A program made the translations under genes and the position numbers. The notes beneath the pieces are model-generated. The model did not search any database and had not been told where the DNA came from. It was given only the letters and a program-made list of their open reading frames with translations. Source: Actinomycetota bacterium (lineage in GTDB: Bacteria; Actinomycetota; Acidimicrobiia; Acidimicrobiales; SZUA-35). From it: a DNA stretch of 64,000 nt. Where the stretch lies: NCBI GenBank assembly GCA_039195375.1, contig JBCCVL010000004.1, positions 8,173-72,172 on the forward strand. The letters are read 5' to 3'. Below, piece by piece: positions 8,150-17,289 of the stretch. Positions within the stretch are counted from its first letter, which is position 1. The number at the start of each line of letters is the position of its first letter.

Positions 8150-9124
8150 TTACCTGGAGGTGCGGTACTTGGCGTCCGACCAGCTCTTCTTTCGGAGCTC
8201 CATCTCGGCCCGATTGACCCGCAACTGCACCGACCGCTTGAGCGGCTGGCTGCGGATGGCCCTGGCCGCCAGGTCGGCGGCGGTCAACCGGACGCCGAAG
8301 CGCTGGACCCGCCCGGCGATCCGGCCGGCCCGGTCGTGCCAGCGGAGCCAGTTGAGCTGGCGGTCGCTCGGGTCGAGACGATCCTGGCCCGATACCGGGA
8401 AGCCGGCCCGGACGAGCCGGTCGCCGACCCGGGCCTCGACCAGCCGGACGTCCTGTGACGACAGCGTGTCCCGCCAGTCGCCGGCCAGCATCGGGTTCGG
8501 CTCCTGGTAGTCGGTGTCGTTCACGTAGCTCAGCATCTGGCCGGTGTAGTCGACGCCGAGGAAGCGGCAGATCGTGGTCAGGGTGGAGTGGTGGTCCCGC
8601 ACGAGGTCGCCGAAGCGAACGGTCAGGCGTCGGTCCGGGGCCACGAGCGGTTCGACGGCGGCCCACTCGTCCTCGGCCCGGATCCAGTGCTCCACCGCGT
8701 GCCACGGATTGCCGGCCAGGCCGATGGCGATCCGAGCTGCGGCCACGTCGCGGGGGTCTCGCACGAGGTGGAGGAGGCGGACCCGAGGCCAGAGGTGCAG
8801 GGCCCGGGAGAAGCCGTGGTGCACCGTGGCGCCGACGACGAGGGCCTGCGAGCGGCGTTGCCGGGAGGCGAGGAAGCCGTTGACGAGCTCGGGGAAGTCG
8901 AGCGAGGGGTCGAACTCGAAGCCCGAGGTGGAGAAGGAGCGGTCGAGGGCGAGGCGGGCGCCGAGTTCGACCGTGCTCGGGAACTCCCCGTCCGCCGAGA
9001 TCACATCGATGGCGTAATCGAACTCCTCGGCGAACGAGACCTCCGGGTGGGAGTCGAGCATCAGGCGAAGCAACGTGGTGCCCGACTGCTCCGCTCCAAC
9101 GAGAAGCACCGGTTCCTCGATCAC
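8150..9124 (-). CDS. Sulfotransferase-family protein
   Basis: 5'-PSB-like loop GAEQSGTTLLRLML and 3'-PB-like LVRDPRDVAAARI. Confidence 0.7.
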   Translation of the reverse strand: MIEEPVLLVGAEQSGTTLLRLMLDSHPEVSFAEEFDYAIDVISADGEFPSTVELGARLALDRSFSTSGFEFDPSLDFPELVNGFLASRQRRSQALVVGATVHHGFSRALHLWPRVRLLHLVRDPRDVAAARIAIGLAGNPWHAVEHWIRAEDEWAAVEPLVAPDRRLTVRFGDLVRDHHSTLTTICRFLGVDYTGQMLSYVNDTDYQEPNPMLAGDWRDTLSSQDVRLVEARVGDRLVRAGFPVSGQDRLDPSDRQLNWLRWHDRAGRIAGRVQRFGVRLTAADLAARAIRSQPLKRSVQLRVNRAEMELRKKSWSDAKYRTSR

Positions 9125-9261
9125 GTCCCCAGTCTACGGAATTCGACTTCTTTTCGTAACGCAGCTGACAACGAATGTCGATCGGTGTCATGGGCGGCGG
9201 TCGCCAGGCGCGGCCGCCATGTCGATGGGGTCCTGTCGGTGATGCTGACTACTGTGGGGAG

Positions 9262-9828
9262 ATGGCCGATCGCGCCACCTTCGTCGAGGACACCGAGCCC
9301 TTCATGGGCTCGCTGTACTCCACCGCGGTCCGGCTGACCGGTAACCGGACCGACGCCGAGGACCTCGTCCAGGAGACCTATCTGCGGGCCTACCGCTCGT
9401 ATGACTCGTTCACCGCAGGCACCAACCTCCGGGCCTGGCTGTTCCGGATCCTCAACAACACCCACATCAACCGGTATCGGGCCCGGACCCGGCGCCCCGA
9501 GGAGGCGGAGCTCGACGACATCGAGGACCTCTACCTCTATCGCCGTCTCCAGGACTCGAGCCGCTACGGCCGCAGCGCCGAAGACCAGCTGATGGACGTG
9601 TTCTCCGAGGCCGAGGTGGTCGACGCCGTCGAGGGCCTGCCCGAGGCCTACCGCATGGCGGTGCTGCTGGCCGACGTCGAGGGCTTCAGCTACAAGGAGA
9701 TCGCCGAGATCCTCGACATCCCGGTCGGAACGGTCATGAGTCGGCTCCACCGGGGAAGAAAAGCCCTCCAGAAGGAGTTGTACGAATTCGCAGAGGCCCG
9801 AGGTCTCGTGTCGGCCCCGGCGGAGTAG
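9262..9828 (+). CDS. sigH: ECF sigma factor, SigH/SigR type
   Basis: DAEDLVQETYLRAY (region 2), NLRAWLFRILNNTHINRYR, and region 4 ADVEGFSYKEIAEILDIPVGTVMSRLHRGRKAL. Followed by an RsrA-like anti-sigma gene. Start taken at MADRATF (9262). Confidence 0.85.
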   Translation: MADRATFVEDTEPFMGSLYSTAVRLTGNRTDAEDLVQETYLRAYRSYDSFTAGTNLRAWLFRILNNTHINRYRARTRRPEEAELDDIEDLYLYRRLQDSSRYGRSAEDQLMDVFSEAEVVDAVEGLPEAYRMAVLLADVEGFSYKEIAEILDIPVGTVMSRLHRGRKALQKELYEFAEARGLVSAPAE

Positions 9829-9901
9829 TAGCTTCCATCCGGAGGCGGCGGCCCACCGCGCCGCCGACAGCCCCCCGCCCGGGAACCCGGGCTCGAACGT
9901 C

Positions 9902-10273
9902 ATGACTGAACCGAGCGATCAACCCATCGAGTCCGTCCCCCCGACCGGCCCGTCGCCAGACGTCGAGACCGACGCCGTCGCCAACCCGTACTGCACGGGA
10001 GTGCCGCCCGTTCGGTGCAACCCGTCGCTCGAGGAGCTCTACCACTACATGGACGGGTTCCTCGACGAGGGCCGCGCCGCCGAGGTGCGCCAGCGGCTGG
10101 CGGACTGTCGGGGCTGCGGGGAGATCTACGACGTGCAGACCCAGTTCCGGCGTCTCATCGAGCAGCGCTGCCAGACCGAGCTGCCGCCCGACCTCAAGGA
10201 CAAGGTCTTCGGCGCCATCGCCGAGATCTCGCTCGGCCCCGCTCGCCCGGACCGTCCGGACCGCTCGAGCTGA
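9902..10273 (+). CDS. rshA: Anti-sigma factor, RsrA/RshA-like (ZAS family, non-canonical motif)
   Basis: C..LEELYHYMDGFLDE...RQRLADCRGCGEIYD...EQRC aligns with the RsrA cysteines. The residue 4 before CxxC is Arg instead of His. Confidence 0.7.
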   Translation: MTEPSDQPIESVPPTGPSPDVETDAVANPYCTGVPPVRCNPSLEELYHYMDGFLDEGRAAEVRQRLADCRGCGEIYDVQTQFRRLIEQRCQTELPPDLKDKVFGAIAEISLGPARPDRPDRSS

Positions 10274-10360
10274 GTCATCGGGTCGGGCGGCGGATCCCCG
10301 GTTCCGGCCGGCGGTCGCCCGAGGCGCCGACCACCGGCCCCCACGTCCTACACTGGGTCC

Positions 10361-10489
10361 ATGTTCGCTGTGGTATGGCACTGGTGGCTCGGATTCTTCC
10401 TCGCAATCGGCGGGGTGCTCGGCGTCGTCGGCCTCATCGTCGGCTATTTGGCCAAGGTCCAGAATCCCCGCTATCCCCGCAAGCCCTGA
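10361..10489 (+). CDS. Small (42-aa) single-pass membrane protein, not in the ORF track; likely leaderless
   Basis: MFAVVWHWWLGFFLAIGGVLGVVGLIVGYLAKVQNPRYPRKP. The -10-like TACACT (10349-10354) ends 6 nt before the ATG. GC3-rich codons. Confidence 0.35.
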   Translation: MFAVVWHWWLGFFLAIGGVLGVVGLIVGYLAKVQNPRYPRKP

Positions 10490-10552
10490 GCACGTGCAGC
10501 TGTGGCGGACGCACCTGCGGCGAGTGGGCACGATCACGACAGGTGGTGACCA

Positions 10553-11761
10553 GTGAATCCTGAGGTCGACTGGGACTTCGCCAGGACGGTGGCCGGGCGC
10601 ATCGCCGGACGCGAACCGTTCGCCGACAGCTACCACCACGACTCGATCGAGGCCGACTTCCTGGAGCTGACCTCGCAGGCCGAGGAGCTGGTGGCGGCCG
10701 AGACCGGGCTGCACTCCGACGCCGGCAAGGCCAGGGCCAGGATCACCGACCGCATGGGCTGGGTCGACGCCAACCTGGCGTCGTTCGACCGGCTGCTCCG
10801 GCCGCTGCTCGGCAAGGCCGAGGCGGCCGCAGCCGAGAAGGAGGCCGAGGCCGCCGAGGCCGAAGCCGACGGCGAGGGTCGTCCCCGCTTCGCCGATTCG
10901 ACCATCGGTCGGGCCCTCGGGCCGCTGGCCGACGTGGTCGCCCCCGTCGGCAGTGCCGTCGGTGAGGTCTTCGGTCAGGTCGGCGACGCCGTCGGTCCGA
11001 AGGTCGCCGGCGCCGAGGCCGGCGCCCTGCTCGGGTGGATGTCGAGCCGGGTGCTGGGCCAGTACGACCTGCTGATCATCGAGGACGAGCGTCCCGAGGA
11101 CCAGGATCTCGTCTACTACGTCGGGCCCAACATCCTGTCGCTGGAGAAGCGCTACGGCTTCCCGCCCCGCGAGTTCCGGCTCTGGATCGCGGTCCACGAG
11201 TGCACCCACCGGGCCCAGTTCACCGGCGTCCCGTGGCTGCGGCCCTACTTCCTGTCGCTGGTCAACGAACTGGTCGACACGGTCGATCCCGACCCGGGCC
11301 GCTTCCTCGAGGTCGTGCGCGAGCAGGTGGCCGAGCGGCGGGCCGGCAACGGTCGATCGCTGGCCGACGGCGGCATCTCCGCCCTGCTCGCCACCCCGGA
11401 GCAGCGGGCGACGATGGACAAGGTCACCGGGCTCATGAGCCTGCTCGAGGGCCACGGCGACATCACGATGGACCGGGCGGCGAAGGACCTCATCCCGTCC
11501 CAGCCCCGCTTCGCCAAGGTGATGAGCCAGCGCCGCAAGAACGCCTCCGGTCTGAGCAAGCTCGTGCAGCGGCTCACGGGCATGGAGGCCAAGCTCGCCC
11601 AGTACGAGGAGGGCGAGGCGTTCGTCCATGCGGTCGAGGAGGCCGGCGGTCGGGAGCTGTTCGACCTCGTGTGGACCTCACCCGAAACGCTGCCATCGAT
11701 CGACGAGATCCGGGATCCGGCCCTGTGGATCGAGCGGGTGGGGGCCGGAGCCGCGGCCTGA
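10553..11761 (+). CDS. Zinc-dependent metalloprotease-like hydrolase (actinobacterial family usually found upstream of tilS)
   Basis: HExxH in IAVHECTHRAQFTGVPWL. GTG start with SD AGGTGG. Conserved position next to tilS. Confidence 0.7.
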   Translation: MNPEVDWDFARTVAGRIAGREPFADSYHHDSIEADFLELTSQAEELVAAETGLHSDAGKARARITDRMGWVDANLASFDRLLRPLLGKAEAAAAEKEAEAAEAEADGEGRPRFADSTIGRALGPLADVVAPVGSAVGEVFGQVGDAVGPKVAGAEAGALLGWMSSRVLGQYDLLIIEDERPEDQDLVYYVGPNILSLEKRYGFPPREFRLWIAVHECTHRAQFTGVPWLRPYFLSLVNELVDTVDPDPGRFLEVVREQVAERRAGNGRSLADGGISALLATPEQRATMDKVTGLMSLLEGHGDITMDRAAKDLIPSQPRFAKVMSQRRKNASGLSKLVQRLTGMEAKLAQYEEGEAFVHAVEEAGGRELFDLVWTSPETLPSIDEIRDPALWIERVGAGAAA

Positions 11762-11774
11762 CCGGAGCGGACCG

Positions 11775-12686
11775 GTGACCGCTGGCGATCGCGAGGTCGA
11801 TCGACTGGTTGCCGACCTCCTCAGCCGCTGCACGTTCCCCGAACCGGCCGCGCCGTCGTCCGGCCGGCCGGCCGAGGCCATCGCCGGTGTCTCGGGCGGC
11901 GCCGACTCGCTCGCCCTGCTGGTCCTGGCCACGGCTGCCGGCCTACCGGTCACCGCGGTGCACGTCGACCACGGGCTACGGCCCGGATCCGCAGCCGAGG
12001 CCGACGTGGTCGCCGTCGCAGCCGAGCGGTTCGGGGCCGGCTTCCGGTCCGAGCGGGTCGTCGTCGAGCCCGGCTCCGACCTGGAGCAGCGGGCCAGGGA
12101 CGCCCGCCTGGCGGTCCTCGGGGTGACGGCGATGACCGGGCACACCGCCGACGACCAGGCCGAGACCGTGCTGCTCAACCTGATGCGGGGCGCCGGCCCG
12201 CCCGGTCTGGCGGCGATGGCCCCCGGTCCCCGACATCCGATCCTGGGCCTGCGCCGCTCTGAGACCGAGGCGCTCTGCCGGGCGGTCGGACTCGACCCGG
12301 TTGCCGATCCGAGCAACCGCGACCCGCGGTTCCGTCGCAACCGGGTGCGCAACGAGCTCCTGCCGCTGATCGGGGACATCGCCGACCGGGACCCCGTGCC
12401 GCTGCTGGCCAGGACCGCGGCGCTGGCCAGGGCCGTCCGCGACCACGTCGACGGCGAGGCCGCCGATCTCGACCCGACCGACACCGCAACGCTGGCGCAG
12501 GCGCCGCTTCCGGTGGCCCAGGCCGCCCTGCGGCGGTGGCTGGCCGACGAGCGGGGCCATCCACCGTCGGCCGCCGAGCTCGATCGGGTCATGGCCGTCG
12601 TCGATCACGAGGTGGTCGCCTGCCAGATCTCCGGCGGCCGCCGGATCGCCCGAAGCCGCGGTCGGCTTCGGATCGAGGCGACCTGA
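11775..12686 (+). CDS. tilS: tRNA(Ile)-lysidine synthase
   Basis: PP-loop AGVSGGADSLALL, HVDHGLRP, GHTADDQAETVLLNLMRG. Start placed at GTG 11775, just after the upstream stop. Confidence 0.85.
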   Translation: MTAGDREVDRLVADLLSRCTFPEPAAPSSGRPAEAIAGVSGGADSLALLVLATAAGLPVTAVHVDHGLRPGSAAEADVVAVAAERFGAGFRSERVVVEPGSDLEQRARDARLAVLGVTAMTGHTADDQAETVLLNLMRGAGPPGLAAMAPGPRHPILGLRRSETEALCRAVGLDPVADPSNRDPRFRRNRVRNELLPLIGDIADRDPVPLLARTAALARAVRDHVDGEAADLDPTDTATLAQAPLPVAQAALRRWLADERGHPPSAAELDRVMAVVDHEVVACQISGGRRIARSRGRLRIEAT

Positions 12687-12687
12687 T

Positions 12688-12706
12688 CCGACCCGACACG
12701 GGTCGG
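12688..12706 (+). terminator. Perfect 8-bp GC hairpin 2 nt after the tilS stop
   Basis: CCGACCCG, loop ACA, CGGGTCGG. No U-tract. Followed by about 3.5 copies of a 10-nt unit GGGCCGC(A/C)TC (12705-12742). Confidence 0.4.
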
Positions 12707-12821
12707 GCCGCATCGGGCCGCCTCGGGCCGCATCGGGCCGACCAACCCCGATGGCGGTGCCCCGATGCGTCGACCCGGGCAGATCCGCTCCGGCCCCGGG
12801 CCGGAAGCGGCTCGCTAGAGT

Positions 12822-13691
12822 GTGGGTCTCGTGTCCCCGTCGACCGCTCCGCCAACCGCCCCGCCATCCGGTTCCACGTCGTCGACCCGGAACGTCCGAG
12901 CGCTGGTGCTCGGCATTCTCAACGTCACCCCCGACTCGTTCAGCGACGGCGGACGGTTCCTCGATCCCGACCGGGCGATCGAGCACGCCGAGACGATGCT
13001 GGGCGAGGGGGCCGACATGATCGACATCGGCGGCGAGTCAACCCGCCCCGGGGCCGAGCCGGTCGACGTCGCCACCGAGCTCGGTCGGGTCATTCCCGTC
13101 GTCGAGCGCCTCAGCTCTCGCTGCCGGGTGGCGATCGACACCCGCCGCCCCGAGGTGGCTCGGGCTGCGGTCACCGCCGGGGCCTCGCTGATCAACGACA
13201 CGACCGCCGAGCTGTGGCCGGTCGCCGCCGAGCTCGGCGTCGGCTGGATCGCCATGCACATGCAGGGCTCCCCGGCCACGATGCAGCAGCGACCGACCTA
13301 CACCGACGTCGTCGCCGAGGTGCGGGACTTCCTGGTCGAGCGGGCCGGGCAGGCCAGGGCCGCCGGGGTCGAGGAGGTCTGGATCGACCCCGGATTCGGG
13401 TTCGGCAAGACGCTCGACCACAACCTCGAGCTGCTGGCCAACCTCGATGCGCTGGTGTCGACCGGATGGCCGGTCGCCGTCGGCACGAGTCGCAAGTCGA
13501 TGCTGGGGCAGCTGTTGGCCCGCTCCGACGGGGCCGATCAGCACGTTCCCGCCGACGATCGGCTTGTAGGCTCGGTGGCGACGGCGACGTATGCGATGCT
13601 GCAGGGGGCGGGACTGGTCCGGGTACACGATGTGAAGGCGGCCAGACAGGCTGCGATGGTGGTCGCAGGCGAGGCCGCAGGAGAAAGGTGA
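12822..13691 (+). CDS. folP: Dihydropteroate synthase
   Basis: LGILNVTPDSFSDGG, DIGGESTRPGA, DPGFGFGKT. Confidence 0.9.
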   Translation: MGLVSPSTAPPTAPPSGSTSSTRNVRALVLGILNVTPDSFSDGGRFLDPDRAIEHAETMLGEGADMIDIGGESTRPGAEPVDVATELGRVIPVVERLSSRCRVAIDTRRPEVARAAVTAGASLINDTTAELWPVAAELGVGWIAMHMQGSPATMQQRPTYTDVVAEVRDFLVERAGQARAAGVEEVWIDPGFGFGKTLDHNLELLANLDALVSTGWPVAVGTSRKSMLGQLLARSDGADQHVPADDRLVGSVATATYAMLQGAGLVRVHDVKAARQAAMVVAGEAAGER

Positions 13692-13692
13692 C

Positions 13693-14214
13693 ATGGCCAA
13701 AGGCAAGTGGGCCCAGGGGATCCGCCCGAGAGCATTCCACTGGATCATCCAGGAACAGCTGGCGATCTGTGAGCGCCCCGGCGGCTACGGCGCCAACCAT
13801 CGTCGGGTCCGGCGCCAGGAGGAGGTCATCTGGATCCGGGAGAACGACTTCTCGTTCGTCGTCTCGCTGATCCCGTCCGACCACAACCTCCACAGCTACG
13901 ACGAGCAGGGCATGCCCTGGAAGCACTGGCCGTTCGCACCGTCGCTCGACCTCGATGCCGCCCTGCCCCAGATCTACAAGGAGATGCAGAGCCTGCTGGC
14001 CGACGGCAACAAGCTCCTCGTGCACATGGAGGAGGTCGGCGACCGCCTGGCCGGGCTGATGGCCGGCTACCTCCGTTGGACCGGCATGGTGCCGGTGACC
14101 TTCGACGCGGTGATGGTGGTCGAGCAGATCCTGAGCCGCCAGATGGGTCCCCCCGGCCGGTCGATCGTCGCCGCGGCCGAAGCCGCCGCCAACCGCCCGG
14201 CCTGCGAGGCCTGA
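13693..14214 (+). CDS. Dual-specificity-phosphatase-like protein lacking the catalytic Cys
   Basis: SD GGAGAAAGG before the ATG. P-loop-like LLVHMEEVGDRLAGLMAGYL, where HMx5R replaces HCx5R. Inserted between folP and folB. Confidence 0.5.
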   Translation: MAKGKWAQGIRPRAFHWIIQEQLAICERPGGYGANHRRVRRQEEVIWIRENDFSFVVSLIPSDHNLHSYDEQGMPWKHWPFAPSLDLDAALPQIYKEMQSLLADGNKLLVHMEEVGDRLAGLMAGYLRWTGMVPVTFDAVMVVEQILSRQMGPPGRSIVAAAEAAANRPACEA

Positions 14215-14221
14215 GCCAGAC

Positions 14222-14638
14222 GTGACCGACCGACAACGCGACGGCGGGCCGGCCCCGTCAGAGGGTCGACCGGGTGACCGGGTGGAAGTCCGTGGGTTGG
14301 AGATGTTGGTCATCTGCGGCGTGCTACCCGAGGAGCAGGCACGTCGGCAGCCGTTCATCGTCGACCTCGACCTCCACCTCGACCTGCGGGCCGCCGGCGC
14401 CAGCGACGACCTCGACGACACGGCCAACTACGGCGCCCTGATCGACGTGCTCGTCGAGCGACTGGCCGACGAGCGTTTCATGTTGTTGGAGCGCTTCGCG
14501 GCCCGGGTTGTCGAGCTGGTCTTCACCAACACCGACGCAGACGAGGTCACCGTCGCCGTCCGCAAGCTTCGACCCCCGGTGGCGGCCCACGTCGATACCA
14601 CCGGTGTCCGGATCCACCGGGTCAGGCCAGCCGGCTGA
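14222..14638 (+). CDS. folB: Dihydroneopterin aldolase
   Basis: VEVRGLEMLVICGVLPEEQARRQPFIVDLDL...DDLDDTANYGAL. Sits between folP and folK. Confidence 0.85.
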   Translation: MTDRQRDGGPAPSEGRPGDRVEVRGLEMLVICGVLPEEQARRQPFIVDLDLHLDLRAAGASDDLDDTANYGALIDVLVERLADERFMLLERFAARVVELVFTNTDADEVTVAVRKLRPPVAAHVDTTGVRIHRVRPAG

Positions 14639-14651
14639 CGTGACCGAACCG

Positions 14652-15104
14652 ATGCGGACGGCCTACCTTGGCCTCGGCTCCAACCTCGGCGACCGGCGAG
14701 CGACCCTGCGGCAGGCCGTCGCTGCGATCCCCGAGGTGGTGGCGGTGTCGCCGGTCTACGAGACCGACCCCGTCGGCGGTCCCGAGCAGGGGGCGTTCCT
14801 CAATATCGTGGTCGAGCTGGAGACCAGGCGGTCGCCCCGCGAGCTGCTGGAGCTCTGCCGGGAGCTGGAGGCCGCCGCCGGCCGGGTCCGGGTGGTCCGC
14901 TGGGGCCCGAGGACGCTCGACGTCGACGTGCTGCTGGTCGGCGAGGAGTCGGTCGACGAGGACGACCTGACCGTCCCCCATCCCCGCATGGCCGAACGCA
15001 ACTTCGTCGTGGTGCCGCTCCTCGACCTCGCCCCCGACCTCGACATCCCCGGGTACGACCCGGAGACCGCGATCGGTGCCGTGACCAACCTCGGCCCGCT
15101 CTAG
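14652..15104 (+). CDS. folK: 2-amino-4-hydroxy-6-hydroxymethyldihydropterin pyrophosphokinase
   Basis: MRTAYLGLGSNLGDR..., RWGPRTLDVDVLL, VPHPRMAERNFVVVPL. GTG 14640 is an alternative start. Confidence 0.85.
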   Translation: MRTAYLGLGSNLGDRRATLRQAVAAIPEVVAVSPVYETDPVGGPEQGAFLNIVVELETRRSPRELLELCRELEAAAGRVRVVRWGPRTLDVDVLLVGEESVDEDDLTVPHPRMAERNFVVVPLLDLAPDLDIPGYDPETAIGAVTNLGPL

Positions 15105-15124
15105 CTGCGGCGTCGGTCGGTCCG

Positions 15125-15697
15125 ATGCGAGCTGCGATCCGCCGCCTGGTCGATGATGTCGATCCGCTCGACCCGTTGGAGGCCGCGCACCGCGCCGATG
15201 CCCTGACCTGGATCGACAGCGGGGCCGACATCTTCCGCCTGGCCAAGCCGGCGACACCGCCGAAACACCTGGTCTCGTACTGCGTCCTCGTCGATCGGCC
15301 AGGCGAGCAGCTGCTCCTCGTCGATCATCGTGATGCCATGCGCTGGTTGCCGACCGGGGGGCACGTCGACCCTGGGGAACACCCGGTGGCGACGGCCAGG
15401 CGGGAGATCGCCGAGGAGCTCGGCATCTCGCCACCGTTCCACCCTCGCATCGGTGCGCGCCCGTTGTTCGTCACGGTGACGGAGACCGCCGGGCGTTCGG
15501 CTGGCCATACCGACGTGAGCCTGTGGTTCGTCTTCCAGTGCGGGCCCGACGCCGCCATCGCGCCGGATGAGCGGGAGTTCATCCGCGCTCGATGGTGGTC
15601 ACCAGACGAGATACTGGCCGCCGGGACCGAGCGGTTCGATCCCCACCTCCAACGGTTCGTCGACAAGCTCCGCCGCCGGGTGGCCGACCGGGTCTGA
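15125..15697 (+). CDS. NUDIX hydrolase
   Basis: Complete Nudix box GGHVDPGEHPVATARREIAEELGI. Confidence 0.8.
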   Translation: MRAAIRRLVDDVDPLDPLEAAHRADALTWIDSGADIFRLAKPATPPKHLVSYCVLVDRPGEQLLLVDHRDAMRWLPTGGHVDPGEHPVATARREIAEELGISPPFHPRIGARPLFVTVTETAGRSAGHTDVSLWFVFQCGPDAAIAPDEREFIRARWWSPDEILAAGTERFDPHLQRFVDKLRRRVADRV

Positions 15698-15826
15698 TCC
15701 CGACCGACATTCCCCTTTCGCCGGGCCGCCGACCGTGGTGTGATGGAGGTCGGGAGCGGCGGGCACGCACTTGGAACCGGGACCGCCGAGGGGCCCGGCG
15801 GCGACACCGGAGGGGAAGCGGACGCC

Positions 15827-16261
15827 ATGGACCACCTGGACGATCTCGACGGGATCGGTGAGCGTCGGGCCGAGATCGGCTCGGCTCTGGCCCGGCTGGA
15901 GGATGCGCTGGCCCGACCGATCGGGTCGCGCCGGGAGTGGACCGACCGGGTCGACCTGGCCCTCGACGAGCTCTTGATCGTCGGTCGCATCCAGGTCGGC
16001 GCCCTCCTGGCCGAGGGCGGCCCGCTCGACGAGGCCGTCCGATCGATGCCCCGGCTGCTGGCCACGGTCGAGCGGCTCCGGCGGGGGATGCCGGCGATCG
16101 AGGAGGAGATCGAGCTGCTCCAGAAGGAGCTGTGCGAGCTCCAGCCGGTCGAGATCCGGCGCCGGCTGGTGCCGCTGCTCGGTCGCACCGTCGGCCATCG
16201 CCAGCAGGTGGCCGACACCATCTGGGAGGCCTACAACGTCGATATCGGCGGCCCCGGATGA
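15827..16261 (+). CDS. Hypothetical helical protein
   Basis: High GC3 and no recognisable motif. Start uncertain (15740 or 15827). Confidence 0.4.
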   Translation: MDHLDDLDGIGERRAEIGSALARLEDALARPIGSRREWTDRVDLALDELLIVGRIQVGALLAEGGPLDEAVRSMPRLLATVERLRRGMPAIEEEIELLQKELCELQPVEIRRRLVPLLGRTVGHRQQVADTIWEAYNVDIGGPG

Positions 16262-16387
16262 CGGCGGTCTTCGGCCCGCTCGGTCACGGGCACTGCCGCT
16301 GATCCACCAGGGATCGGGGCGGCGGGCTCGTATGCTCGATGGCGCAACCGAGCCGAACCGGGGCTCGGCCGACTCGAACCGAGCATC

Positions 16388-17266
16388 GTGACCATCCGCA
16401 CCGACCTCCAAGCCCCCGTCGCCGACATCCGCTTCCTCGTCGAGCGGGCGCTGGCCGAGGACCTCACCCCGCTCGGCGACCTCACGTCGTCGTTGCTCGA
16501 CCCGGCCCGCCAGGCCACCGCAACGTTCGGGGCCCGCTCGGCCGGGGTGATCTCCGGGTGCCGCTGCGTCGAGGAGACGTTCGCGGCGGTCGACGAGGCG
16601 CTCAGCGTCGAGTGGTCGAAGACCGACGGCGATCGGGTCGAGGCCGGCGAGACCTTCGGTGTGGCCCGCGGCTCGTTCGCCACGCTGCTGACCGCCGAGC
16701 GGACGGCCCTCAACTTCCTCAGCCACCTCTCGGGGGTGGCGACCAACGCCGCCCGCTGGGTCGACCTGGCCGCCGGCCGGGTGATCGTGTGGGACACCCG
16801 CAAGACGCTCCCCGGCTACCGGTCGCTGCAGAAGGCGGCGGTGCGGGCCGGTGGGGCCAACAACCACCGGGGCAACCTGTCCGACTGGCTGATGCTGAAG
16901 GACAACCATCTCATCGGGACCACCGTTGCCGCCGCGGTCGGCGAGGCCAGGGGCCGCTGGCCCGGCCGCACGATCCACGTCGAGGCCGACACCGAGGGGC
17001 TGATGTTCGAGGCCCTGGAGGCCGGGGCCGACATCATCCTGCTCGACAACTTCACCCCGGCGGAGCTGACCGCCCTCGTGCCGAAGGTCGACGCCTGGGC
17101 CGCCGACGGCGGCGGAAAGCGGCCGCTGCTCGAAGCCTCGGGTGGTATCACGTTGGACACCCTCGACGCCTATGCCGGCACCGGGGTCGACCTCGTGTCG
17201 TCCGGCTCGATCACCAACTCCGCCCGGGTGCTCGACATCGGCCTCGACGTCGTGCCCGAGCGTTGA
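16388..17266 (+). CDS. nadC: Nicotinate-nucleotide pyrophosphorylase (quinolinate phosphoribosyltransferase)
   Basis: AERTALNFLSHLSGVAT, DTRKTLPGYR, KDNH, LLDNF, ASGGIT. Confidence 0.9.
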   Translation: MTIRTDLQAPVADIRFLVERALAEDLTPLGDLTSSLLDPARQATATFGARSAGVISGCRCVEETFAAVDEALSVEWSKTDGDRVEAGETFGVARGSFATLLTAERTALNFLSHLSGVATNAARWVDLAAGRVIVWDTRKTLPGYRSLQKAAVRAGGANNHRGNLSDWLMLKDNHLIGTTVAAAVGEARGRWPGRTIHVEADTEGLMFEALEAGADIILLDNFTPAELTALVPKVDAWAADGGGKRPLLEASGGITLDTLDAYAGTGVDLVSSGSITNSARVLDIGLDVVPER

Positions 17267-17289
17267 CCGAGACGCCAACTGGAAGCCCC

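Noticed and set aside
9138-9160. GGAAT upstream of sigH as a SigH/SigR autoregulatory promoter (GGAAT-N18-GTT)
   Set aside because: No GTT lies at the required 17-19 nt spacing; only CGTAA occurs, 13 nt downstream. An autoregulated promoter may exist, but I cannot support one from the sequence.
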